The notes under the pieces were generated by a model. It was not told where the DNA came from and did no database searches. It saw nothing but the letters and a program-made list of their open reading frames with translations. Both the position numbers and the translations under genes were made by a program. This document shows, one piece after another, positions 1 to 6,814 of a stretch of 13,069 nt of DNA. Every line of letters starts with the position of its first letter. Position 1 is the first letter of the stretch. Location: the IMG/VR virus record IMGVR_UViG_2778261166_000004; one strand, 5' to 3'. Source of the stretch: a virus. Lineage: Duplodnaviria > Heunggongvirae > Uroviricota > Caudoviricetes.

Positions 1-1260
1 ATGAAGCTCAACGCCAGACAGGTCGAGACCGCAAAGCCAAAAGACAAAACCTACAAAATGGCCGATGGTGGTGGTTTGTATCTTGAGGTTTCGGCCAAAG
101 GTTCCAAATACTGGCGCATGAAATACAGACGTCCCTCTGACAAAAAAGAGGATCGTCTCGCTTTTGGTGTTTGGCCTACTGTGACGCTTGCTCAGGCAAG
201 AGCAAAACGCGATGAAGCTAAAAAGCTTTTAGTACAGGGCATAGACCCAAAAGTCGTACAAAAAGAAGCTCAGGCCGAGAATTCGGGGGCATATACTTTT
301 GAAACTATCGCCCGAGAATGGCATGCCAGTAACAAGCGCTGGAGTGAAGACCATCGAGCGCGCGTTCTTCGCTATCTTGAGCTTTATATCTTCCCTCATA
401 TCGGTTCGTCCGACATTCGGCAGCTTAAAACCAGCCACCTGTTAGCCCCGATTAAAAAAGTTGATGCCAGTGGCAAACACGATGTCGCTCAGCGCCTGCA
501 ACAGCGCGTCACAGCCATTATGCGTTATGCCGTACAGAACGATTACATCGACTCAAATCCAGCCAGCGATATGGCTGGTGCACTATCGACAACCAAAGCG
601 CGCCATTATCCTGCTTTACCTTCTAGCCGGTTCCCTGAGTTTCTTGCACGTCTTGCTGCATATCGTGGTCGCGTAATGACGCGGATTGCGGTTGAGCTTT
701 CCTTACTAACTTTTGTGCGTTCCAGTGAGTTACGTTTCGCGCGTTGGGATGAGTTTGATTTCGATAAATCTCTCTGGCGAGTACCTGCAAAACGAGAAGA
801 AATTAAAGGAGTGCGTTATTCGTACCGTGGCATGAAGATGAAAGAAGAGCATATCGTTCCGCTTAGTCGGCAAGCGATGATTTTGCTAAACCAGTTAAAG
901 CAGATTAGTGGTGATAAAGAACTGCTTTTTCCGGGGGATCATGACGCAACTAAGGTTATGAGTGAAAATACAGTAAATAGCGCATTGCGTGCGATGGGCT
1001 ATGACACGAAAACCGAAGTTTGCGGGCACGGGTTTAGAACGATGGCGCGTGGAGCATTAGGGGAATCAGGCTTATGGAGTGATGATGCGATTGAACGTCA
1101 GCTAAGTCACTCAGAACGTAATAATGTACGTGCTGCTTATATTCATACATCTGAGCATTTAGACGAAAGGCGTTTAATGATACAGTGGTGGGCAGATTAT
1201 TTAGATAGAAATAAGAAAGAAAGTATTACACCATATGATTTTGCTAGACAACTTAAATAG
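1..1260 (+). CDS. int: P4-type tyrosine integrase (site-specific recombinase)
   Basis: 419-aa ORF. The N-terminus carries the P4-integrase arm-binding signature (MKLNARQVETAKPKDKTYKMADGGGLYLEV...KYWRMKYR). The C-terminal catalytic region has HGFRTMARG (His-x-x-Arg) and a downstream Tyr in AAYIHTSEHL. It sits at the edge of the element next to the presumed tRNA attachment site outside the window. Confidence 0.92.
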   Translation: MKLNARQVETAKPKDKTYKMADGGGLYLEVSAKGSKYWRMKYRRPSDKKEDRLAFGVWPTVTLAQARAKRDEAKKLLVQGIDPKVVQKEAQAENSGAYTFETIAREWHASNKRWSEDHRARVLRYLELYIFPHIGSSDIRQLKTSHLLAPIKKVDASGKHDVAQRLQQRVTAIMRYAVQNDYIDSNPASDMAGALSTTKARHYPALPSSRFPEFLARLAAYRGRVMTRIAVELSLLTFVRSSELRFARWDEFDFDKSLWRVPAKREEIKGVRYSYRGMKMKEEHIVPLSRQAMILLNQLKQISGDKELLFPGDHDATKVMSENTVNSALRAMGYDTKTEVCGHGFRTMARGALGESGLWSDDAIERQLSHSERNNVRAAYIHTSEHLDERRLMIQWWADYLDRNKKESITPYDFARQLK

Positions 1261-1266
1261 TATTTT

Positions 1267-1304
1267 AACCTAGCCAGAATTTTTGTAGTCTCGCTGGCTA
1301 GGTT
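1267..1304. terminator. Perfect 11-bp inverted repeat (aacctagccag / ctggctaggtt) between convergent int and cassette genes; probable bidirectional terminator
   Basis: Seen directly: stem 1267-1277 pairs with 1294-1304 around a 16-nt loop, flanked by A/T-rich sequence. It lies in the 54-nt gap between the int stop (1260) and the minus-strand gene end (1315). Confidence 0.5.
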
Positions 1305-1314
1305 AATTTAAAAG

Positions 1315-1899
1315 CTAATCATTCACATCAAGAGTTAAGAGTGCGTGCATTCTTTTAACAATCATAATGATATTCAAAATTAAATGTACGCAAACATATA
1401 TTATGAGTGGGCATAAAAAATAGTATAACACATTTAATTTTAGAGTTGTGTTTATTATGCTGACATAATATTCATGTGTTTTGCCGTAAAAGAATCCTGA
1501 TTGATTGACAGGAAACAGTGATACTATAAAACACAACACGACTAACAAAACTCCACATAAAATTGAATAACAAATGTTATAATAAAGTTCAGTGAGTAAT
1601 GCTTTCTTTGATTCATAGAATGTATCAATATCTTTTCTTTGTCTTATTTTTGATTCTTGATCATATACTAAAACAAGAACGCTAAGCAGTAATGCTGTTA
1701 GTATTGCACTGAAATTAACTAATAATGATATTAAATCTTTTGTTATACCACTTCCTAGGAGTGAGAATGCGGCAGAAATAATAAATGGTAGTATTATGAA
1801 TGTAAATATATCCCATAAACTGATCTTATTAGTGTCAGCATTTTTTAAAGTTCTGAAGTGGCCTATAAGAACTTCGCATATATTTATCTTTGAACTCAT
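1315..1899 (-). CDS. Small integral membrane protein (four predicted transmembrane helices); candidate effector of the cargo cassette
   Basis: 194-aa ORF with four long hydrophobic stretches (approx. residues 27-49, 56-79, 106-128, 155-181) separated by short charged loops. Its ATG overlaps the stop of the upstream gene (TAATG) and AGGAG lies 9 nt upstream, indicating translational coupling. The DNA is strongly AT-rich compared with the P4 backbone. Confidence 0.75.
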   Translation of the reverse strand: MSSKINICEVLIGHFRTLKNADTNKISLWDIFTFIILPFIISAAFSLLGSGITKDLISLLVNFSAILTALLLSVLVLVYDQESKIRQRKDIDTFYESKKALLTELYYNICYSILCGVLLVVLCFIVSLFPVNQSGFFYGKTHEYYVSIINTTLKLNVLYYFLCPLIIYVCVHLILNIIMIVKRMHALLTLDVND

Positions 1900-2825
1900 T
1901 ACGCTCTCCTTATAGTAACACCACGATATAACAACTGTATATATTCCATGATAATAACATCAACAAAATTATTTAGTGATGCTATTTCCGGCATGCCATC
2001 ATAAAAAACAACTTGTTCTTCATCAAATAAAATTTCACATACAGCTCCCCTTGCTGTTGTTCCAATATGAAAAGTTCTTTTTCTGCCATTATCTAATTCA
2101 ACAACTGTTTTTACTGTTTCTCCATATTCTTTAAGGACTTCAACGAGTTGATATTGCTCCGAGCCTCTGGAGAAATAGTCTCGAAGTCTTCCAAGTCCTG
2201 CATTTCGAGGCGGTTTGATAATTAATTCTTGCTCGTTATGGCCTAGCTTTTTGGCTTGTTCAGCTACATCTGTAATGCCATGGAATTTAGTTACCTTGAT
2301 TTCTTTGGTAATGGCATCCATCCATTTTTCAATCGCTTTATCATACGCCAGAGGGTTCATTTGAATCACTAAGTTGGTAACCCTCTTGAAATAATCTGAA
2401 AACAATCTCATAAAAAGAGTTTTTATACCATCACCTCTATATGTATGTAAAAACGCCATGCCTTCATTTACATCTCTAGGAATATAAAAATGTATGTAAT
2501 ATCTAATTATTTCAGCATTGTTTTTTGTCTTTTCGAAGTCTACATCGCCAGTTTTAATGTTTATTATGTCGGTCTTTGTTCCGTAATATCCAGACTCGAA
2601 CCATCCATATATTTCTCGATTGTTGTTATCGCGTGTAATCTCATTAAAACGAAAAACTTGTTTGGTTTCTTCAGAAAGGATATATTCTTCATTATACTGC
2701 TTAATAAATTCATCGAGTATATCAAGTAAATCATGTTCTCTGATGTTACTCAGTGCTGAATAACGTTGTTCTTTGGCTGCGTTCGGATTGTAGCAGCGGA
2801 AAAGATACGGTGCTAAAGCGTGCAT
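1899..2825 (-). CDS. Hypothetical soluble protein (308 aa), first gene of the cargo cassette; candidate sensor/regulator partner of the membrane protein
   Basis: Uninterrupted 308-codon ORF with a strong RBS (GGAGA, 6-nt spacer) before the ATG at 2825. The product is Lys/Glu/Tyr/Asn-rich with no hydrophobic segments. I see no Walker A, HNH, PD-(D/E)xK or nucleotidyltransferase GS...DxD motif. It is AT-rich and co-oriented with, and overlapping, the downstream membrane gene. Confidence 0.75.
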   Translation of the reverse strand: MHALAPYLFRCYNPNAAKEQRYSALSNIREHDLLDILDEFIKQYNEEYILSEETKQVFRFNEITRDNNNREIYGWFESGYYGTKTDIINIKTGDVDFEKTKNNAEIIRYYIHFYIPRDVNEGMAFLHTYRGDGIKTLFMRLFSDYFKRVTNLVIQMNPLAYDKAIEKWMDAITKEIKVTKFHGITDVAEQAKKLGHNEQELIIKPPRNAGLGRLRDYFSRGSEQYQLVEVLKEYGETVKTVVELDNGRKRTFHIGTTARGAVCEILFDEEQVVFYDGMPEIASLNNFVDVIIMEYIQLLYRGVTIRRA

Positions 2826-2900
2826 TGTTATCTCCTTTTTTAATGGAGATTAGCAACTTATCACTATAAGATCAACGAACGTTCAATATGGAAAGGGATA
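2826..2900 (-). promoter_or_regulatory. Putative promoter region of the cargo operon
   Basis: AT-rich 5' region just upstream of the operon RBS. On the minus strand there is a TTGAAC ... TGATAA/TATAGT arrangement, but the spacing is not canonical. The call rests mainly on position. Confidence 0.3.
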
Positions 2901-3059
2901 ATTCTGCTTGGTATTTTTCTTTTAATAATATTGGGGTGCTTTAGTGCGATATTTTGATGATTAGTGTGTGTTCGGCAGTAGAAGCTATCCATAGGCAGTG
3001 ATGTTTCTGCATATAGAATGTTTTAATTATCAAACACATAATTTTCGATTGCGCGCGCA

Positions 3060-3078
3060 GTGCTTTCCCCGCCTCGCC
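3060..3078 (-). other. cos site: 19-nt P2/P4 cohesive-end sequence (GGCGAGGCGGGGAAAGCAC on the minus strand)
   Basis: The plus strand reads gtgctttccccgcctcgcc, the exact reverse complement of the recalled P2/P4 cohesive-end sequence. It lies between psu and the cargo cassette, where cos sits in P4. A GC-rich hairpin follows at about 3079-3100. Confidence 0.85.
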
Positions 3079-3185
3079 CGCCCGCTTTGCGGGGCGGTTT
3101 TAATGCAGTTGCACTGACACGCTCAGGCCGTGCCGGGAATGGCGCGGTATACAGAAAATGAGGCAGGAAAACGCATGCAAAGCCA

Positions 3186-3216
3186 TGCACCTTATCGATG
3201 CATGGCTTTTTTCAGT
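3186..3216 (-). terminator. Hairpin downstream of psu (gccatgca...tgcatggc) with flanking T/A runs; possible late-operon terminator
   Basis: 8-bp inverted repeat around a 9-nt loop, 30-60 nt beyond the psu stop. It is followed by a T-run on the plus strand and by TTTGCATGCGTTTT on the minus strand. Orientation is ambiguous. Confidence 0.4.
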
Positions 3217-3242
3217 AAAAACAGGCGGATTTTCGGGGAATT

Positions 3243-3815
3243 TTACACAGACTGACGTGATGCCAGTTGCGCACTTTTACGCGAAAAAATCATGTTCTGC
3301 GCAGGAGTGAATTTTTCACGGCTGTCATCCACCGAAGCCGCGTCAGGCCTGAATCCGATGGTCGTTAAAATGTCGCTATCCTGTGCGGAATAATTAATTT
3401 TTTCCCCCTTCGCAAGCCAGGACAGAAGGGCTTCACGCAGGGCATCTGTGGCACGCTGTATGGCACAGTTTCGGGCAATGGCCGTCAGCTCACTGTAGCC
3501 CATCAGCTCCGGTGCCAGTGCCGCCGCCAGTGCTGTGCCGTGCTGCTGCATAAAATCATTCAGCCGGTCGCGGATGCTGATGTGCTGAACGGCTTCATGC
3601 GAACGAATATAACGACCGGCGGCCTGATTCACCTGCCATTTTCTGACTTCGATAATATTGCGTAATTCGTCCAGGCGACTGACGTTTCTGCCTTCTCCTG
3701 ACAGAAGCCGCAGGTATTCCTGTTCGGCCGCTGCCAGCTCATTTTTGCGTTGCAGCCATGCTGCTTTGTTATTCTGACAGGTGTCAAAGGCCTGCTGTAA
3801 GGCTGTGCTTTCCAT
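3243..3815 (-). CDS. psu: Psu (polarity suppression / capsid decoration protein, Rho antagonist)
   Basis: 190-aa ORF, the length of P4 Psu, last in the sid-delta-psu order next to cos. The N-terminal sequence MESTALQQAFDTCQNNKAAW matches my recollection of P4 Psu. Not verified by alignment. Confidence 0.88.
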   Translation of the reverse strand: MESTALQQAFDTCQNNKAAWLQRKNELAAAEQEYLRLLSGEGRNVSRLDELRNIIEVRKWQVNQAAGRYIRSHEAVQHISIRDRLNDFMQQHGTALAAALAPELMGYSELTAIARNCAIQRATDALREALLSWLAKGEKINYSAQDSDILTTIGFRPDAASVDDSREKFTPAQNMIFSRKSAQLASRQSV

Positions 3816-3888
3816 CGTTATCTCTTTCTCATCATGCTGAAGAATAAAAATACGGTGTGCGGCGACGGCCGGTGTTAACCGGCAGCCC

Positions 3889-4389
3889 TCATTCCAGACG
3901 CAGCGAATATGATTGTGTTTTTAAGCGTACTGGCGGCAGTTCCTGTTTTTCATGCAGGCTTTCTGCCAGTTCGTCCGGCGTGACCGGGCGGACAATGAAA
4001 CGGTTGATGGTCTGAAGCGTTTTAAACACCAGACCACAGCCCGGATCCGTGCACACATAAAAACGCTCGGTGACTTCCTGAGACAGACGCCTCGATGTTC
4101 TTGACAGTGCAAGGCCTTTACATCTCCGACAACAATATCCGGTAACAAGCATTCTTTTCGGGCGTTTCATACTGCCGGAGGCTGACGTCAGTGAATCGCG
4201 GTATCTCTGTTTGCCTGAAATGTATTCCATTCCTGAATCTTTACTGTCAGAGAAAAAGCTTTCACTCGCTTCAAATGTCGCAGAGCAATAAATATTCCGG
4301 CACTGTGCAATCATTATCTTGGTGCCATCGTCCATGAAATGTGCGCGGCGGGTGTGAGCAACATGTCCACACGACGGGCAGTAAATCAT
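3889..4389 (-). CDS. delta: Delta (Ogr-family zinc-finger late transcription activator, duplicated Ogr-like domains)
   Basis: 166-aa ORF, the length of P4 Delta. It has two Ogr-like Cys4 units (CPSCGHVAH...CRNIYCSATF and CCRRCKG...CTDPGCGLVF). Its ATG overlaps the sid stop (ATGA), and it lies between sid and psu. Confidence 0.9.
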   Translation of the reverse strand: MIYCPSCGHVAHTRRAHFMDDGTKIMIAQCRNIYCSATFEASESFFSDSKDSGMEYISGKQRYRDSLTSASGSMKRPKRMLVTGYCCRRCKGLALSRTSRRLSQEVTERFYVCTDPGCGLVFKTLQTINRFIVRPVTPDELAESLHEKQELPPVRLKTQSYSLRLE

Positions 4390-5120
4390 GACAGCAGTCC
4401 TCTGGCCTTAAGCTCTGCACCCTGCTGGTCTATTTTGTCCTGCCACACCTTGCGCTGTGCCGGTGTGCCTGCCACCTCATAATCCATGTGCGGGAGTGTT
4501 GCCGCTGACAGTCCGGTCAGCCGGAGAACCGGCTCGCCGGTGAGGCTGATTTGCATCTGTTTAATTTTCTGTTCCAGCGATGATTTCACCTGCTGCATGA
4601 CAGCCTTATCGGGTGCGACGTAGCCCTGATGGCCGGTGGTGTTGGCGAGCGGATTTTCCTGTACCAGGATACTCAGATGCATTGCCCGGACAAGCGCCTC
4701 ACAGGTTTCATTCAGGGCGTGTTCCAGCTCATGCTCTGCATACAGACTCAGAAGGTGATGATGTGCCTTCCGGTAGGCGGTGGCCGTGCTGTCACACGCC
4801 CCTTTCAGGCGTTCACGTTCGAAATTCAGCACCACGGCCAGATTGTCATATTCCTGTACCAGCTCCCGGCGTGCCACGCGCTCAATGTGGCGCTGTTTCA
4901 GCTCGTCGCTCAGGACACCACCGGCTGCACGAAAGGCCGTGCGCCAGTCGTCAGCGTCGTTTCCGTCGGCCTGCGCCAGCGCATTTTTTTCCTGCTCTGC
5001 CCGTTCAATGGCCGTGACGGTCTCATCCATCAGGCGGGCGTTCTCAAGATGGGCGGCTCTGGCCTTTTCCAGTTGTGCCAGCGCGGGTTGCAGATATTCA
5101 GGGATGGTGTTGTCAGACAT
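4386..5120 (-). CDS. sid: Sid (external scaffold / capsid size determination protein)
   Basis: The ORF track gives 250 aa from a GTG at 5138. The ATG at 5120 has a strong RBS (GAGGAG, 7-nt spacer) and gives 244 aa, the P4 Sid length, starting MSDNTIPEY. It is the first gene of the late operon. Confidence 0.88.
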   Translation of the reverse strand: MSDNTIPEYLQPALAQLEKARAAHLENARLMDETVTAIERAEQEKNALAQADGNDADDWRTAFRAAGGVLSDELKQRHIERVARRELVQEYDNLAVVLNFERERLKGACDSTATAYRKAHHHLLSLYAEHELEHALNETCEALVRAMHLSILVQENPLANTTGHQGYVAPDKAVMQQVKSSLEQKIKQMQISLTGEPVLRLTGLSAATLPHMDYEVAGTPAQRKVWQDKIDQQGAELKARGLLS

Positions 5121-5146
5121 TTTCCGGCTCCTCGTCACTTCAGGTT

Positions 5147-5210
5147 AAGAAAATTGTGACGTACACCGGACAACAACACGACGCATTGCAGATGTGCCAG
5201 CCCTGACACA
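5147..5210 (-). promoter_or_regulatory. Psid-type late promoter with two TGT-N12-ACA Delta/Ogr binding dyads
   Basis: Seen: TGT-N12-ACA at 5193-5210 and again at 5155-5172. If transcription starts near 5147 (27-nt leader to sid), these are centred near -55 and -18. That matches the recalled arrangement of P4 late promoters, which have a second Delta site near -18. Confidence 0.55.
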
Positions 5211-5289
5211 GGAGACTCATCCTCAGACCGGCAAGCCAGGAAAAGGTCGCAGGAAAAACCGGCTTACTGTTTGTTTTTTTATATTTTAC

Positions 5290-5393
5290 TGTTCACCTCT
5301 GTTCACCATAAGAAAAAAGATAAGTAATACAGTAATTTAAAGGGTGAACAATCGCAGTAATGACTGTTCACCGTCTGTTCACCACTGTTCACC
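5290..5393. repeat. ori-like cluster of type I iterons (octamer TGTTCACC, six copies in both orientations)
   Basis: Seen: TGTTCACC at ~5290, 5300, 5365, 5376, 5386 and inverted GGTGAACA at ~5343, followed by an AT-rich tract (5400-5480). It lies between the divergent late promoters, ~4.8 kb from the second iteron cluster, consistent with P4 ori versus crr. Confidence 0.7.
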
Positions 5394-5551
5394 CGTTCAT
5401 GGACTTTTTGTGCTGTTTATTACTTTTTATTTTTATTAATTAACTGAAATAAATAAGAAAAAACAATTTGTATTTCACTATAATTTTTTCCAGCTCCTTC
5501 CAGAGCGTTTTAAAGCTATCTGGCGCTGATGTACAAAAAATACACAGTCAT

Positions 5552-5620
5552 TGTAAGGCTGCCGGAACAAATCCCCCCTGTTGCGTCTGCTGAAAATATT
5601 CACAAAATAAAGCGCTACCC
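5552..5620 (+). promoter_or_regulatory. PLL-type late leftward-operon promoter (single TGT-N12-ACA Delta dyad) upstream of vis
   Basis: TGT-N12-ACA seen at about 5551-5569 (tgtaaggctgccggaaca). This predicts a start near 5614, ~58 nt before the vis ATG and ~400 nt upstream of the sigma70-like promoter at 5974-6003, matching the recalled PLL-PLE spacing in P4. The -10 is weak, as expected for an activator-dependent promoter. Confidence 0.45.
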
Positions 5621-5671
5621 GAAGCCGGACGGACTTATCCGGTGCTGTATGGACATTAACGAGGTAGCCCG

Positions 5672-5938
5672 ATGCAAGCTGTTTTTTCTTCCCCGTCTCC
5701 CGCCCCTGTGACGCCACTGATGCCGCTGCCGGACATCACGCAGGAGCGTTTTTTACGTCTGCCGGAAGTGATGCACCTGTGCGGCCTGTCACGCTCGACC
5801 ATCTACGAACTCATCCGTAAGGGGGAATTTCCGCCGCAGGTGAGTCTTGGCGGTAAAAATGTGGCCTGGCTGCACTCTGAAGTCACCGCATGGATGGCCG
5901 GACGCATTGCCGGACGCAAACGGGGGTACGACGCATGA
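5672..5938 (+). CDS. vis: Vis (AlpA-family helix-turn-helix regulator / excision directionality factor)
   Basis: 88-aa ORF with the AlpA-type HTH signature ([27 protein letters not shown]). It is the first gene after the PLL-like promoter. GAGG lies ~7 nt upstream of the ATG. Confidence 0.8.
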   Translation: MQAVFSSPSPAPVTPLMPLPDITQERFLRLPEVMHLCGLSRSTIYELIRKGEFPPQVSLGGKNVAWLHSEVTAWMAGRIAGRKRGYDA

Positions 5939-5973
5939 TGATGCCCGCTCTGCAAAAACTCCCTTTTTCTGGC

Positions 5974-6003
5974 TTGCCTTTTTCCGGCATTTGCGGATAT
6001 AGT
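5974..6003 (+). promoter_or_regulatory. Sigma70-like promoter (PLE-like early promoter): TTGCCT, 18-nt spacer, TATAGT
   Basis: Seen directly at 5974-5979 and 5998-6003. It lies just downstream of vis and ~400 nt downstream of the PLL-like site. Confidence 0.5.
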
Positions 6004-6066
6004 TTTTCCGCTGCCGCAAAATCGGCAGCCGGGCGTGAGAACCCGAGCAATTCACAGGCGACATAT

Positions 6067-6088
6067 GACGCGCCACGCGTCTTTTTTT
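6067..6088 (+). terminator. Intrinsic terminator (gacgcg-cca-cgcgtc followed by T7) ~60-80 nt downstream of the early promoter
   Basis: Seen: 6-bp GC-rich stem, 3-nt loop, then seven T residues. A second hairpin (gctgccg / cggcagc, 6010-6029) lies between promoter and terminator. The geometry suggests a short attenuated transcript or small RNA, as in the P4 immunity region. Confidence 0.6.
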
Positions 6089-6336
6089 GTGTCGCAATCA
6101 ATGCCACAGAGCGCCAGATTATGGTGTGGTGTGTGGTCAGTCGTGCAGATGGCATTCCGTGCATCCTGCCTGCGTCCGCTCATTATGCCGCAGAGTCAAT
6201 GGTAGCTCAGGCGGGGCAGCCTCCGGGCTGGCCGGTATCCTGTGAAGCCGGTATTCTCACCCCCGTCTGGGCTATCGCCATCGAGCGTGAGAACTCCGGC
6301 GATAGCGTTATTTGCTATTCACAGGAGGCTGCCATC

Positions 6337-6534
6337 ATGGCTACAACCCTTACCCCCTCACACCCTGAATTTGTCTTTGTGTTTGCGGCTGTCCGTCGCG
6401 CAGACCGTCATCCCCGTATCTGTATGCTTCGCACCGTCGCCGGTGATGAACGCAGTGCCCGCCGTTCCCTTGTCCGTGACTATGTGCTCTCCCTTGCTGC
6501 CCGTCTGCCGGTGGTGGAGGTGTCCCGTGCGTAA
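6337..6534 (+). CDS. Hypothetical small protein (65 aa) nested in a longer open frame (5935/6121/6199..6534)
   Basis: ATG at 6337 is preceded by AGGAGG with an 8-nt spacer. The product ([65 protein letters not shown]) looks protein-like. The same frame stays open upstream to 5890/5935 (199 aa from the ATG at 5935), but that part spans the promoter and terminator above and is Cys/Trp/Pro-rich. The true start is uncertain. Confidence 0.45.
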
Positions 6535-6814
6535 TAAAAAAGCCCCTCAGACCGTCTCAGCGCGTCATGACGCCCGTGAACACCTCAGCATTGAGGCTTA
6601 CCATAAGCTCAACCGCGCCAGCGCCGTATCCCAGTTTGTTGGGGGTGATTTGATTCACCGTGAACTCTCCGGCCTGCATCAGCTCTACATTCCGCATATT
6701 TTCAGCTACCTGAATGAAGATATTGATTTTGTGCTGAATGAACTGAAAGCCAAAGGCCTGTGCCGCGATTTTCTCGCCCAGCAGAAAGACCGGGGAGACA
6801 GGACGCATGTTTGA
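6527..6814 (+). CDS. epsilon: Epsilon (helper-prophage derepression protein)
   Basis: A GTG start at 6527 with GGAGG 9 nt upstream gives exactly 95 aa, the P4 Epsilon length. The in-frame upstream extension to 6242 is low-complexity Pro/Ser/Leu-rich and looks non-coding. The stop overlaps the start of orf151. Confidence 0.75.

Noticed and set aside
229-676. Small ORFs inside int (229-438 minus, 461-676 plus)
   Set aside because: Embedded in or antisense to the well-supported integrase gene. No independent support.
2490-2729. 79-aa plus-strand ORF antisense to the 308-aa cargo gene
   Set aside because: AT-rich antisense frame with an Ile/Phe/Tyr-rich translation and no RBS. P4 does carry a small leftward cII gene in this region, so a real antisense gene cannot be fully excluded, but the sequence gives no positive support.
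1315-2825. Assigning the cargo cassette to CBASS, Pycsar, restriction-modification or a toxin-antitoxin family
   Set aside because: I found no nucleotidyltransferase or cyclase motif, no methyltransferase or nuclease motifs, and no DNA-binding antitoxin fold by eye. A named family would be a guess, so it stays unassigned.
3921-4148. 75-aa minus-strand ORF inside delta in another frame
   Set aside because: Fully contained within delta, whose two zinc-finger units strongly support the annotated frame.
4613-5159. Three plus-strand ORFs antisense to sid (4613-5017, 4629-5159, 4780-5148)
   Set aside because: They overlap the well-supported sid gene on the opposite strand and have Arg/Ser/Pro-rich low-complexity translations.
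5478-5717. Overlapping ORFs in the PLL leader (5478-5717 minus, 5529-5711 plus)
   Set aside because: They span the promoter/leader region upstream of vis and overlap each other on opposite strands. Regulatory DNA is the simpler explanation.
6242-6526. N-terminal 95-codon extension of the epsilon frame (the ORF track calls 190 aa)
   Set aside because: The extension is Pro/Ser/Leu/Cys-rich low complexity. A GTG with a GGAGG RBS at 6527 gives exactly the 95-aa product expected for Epsilon.
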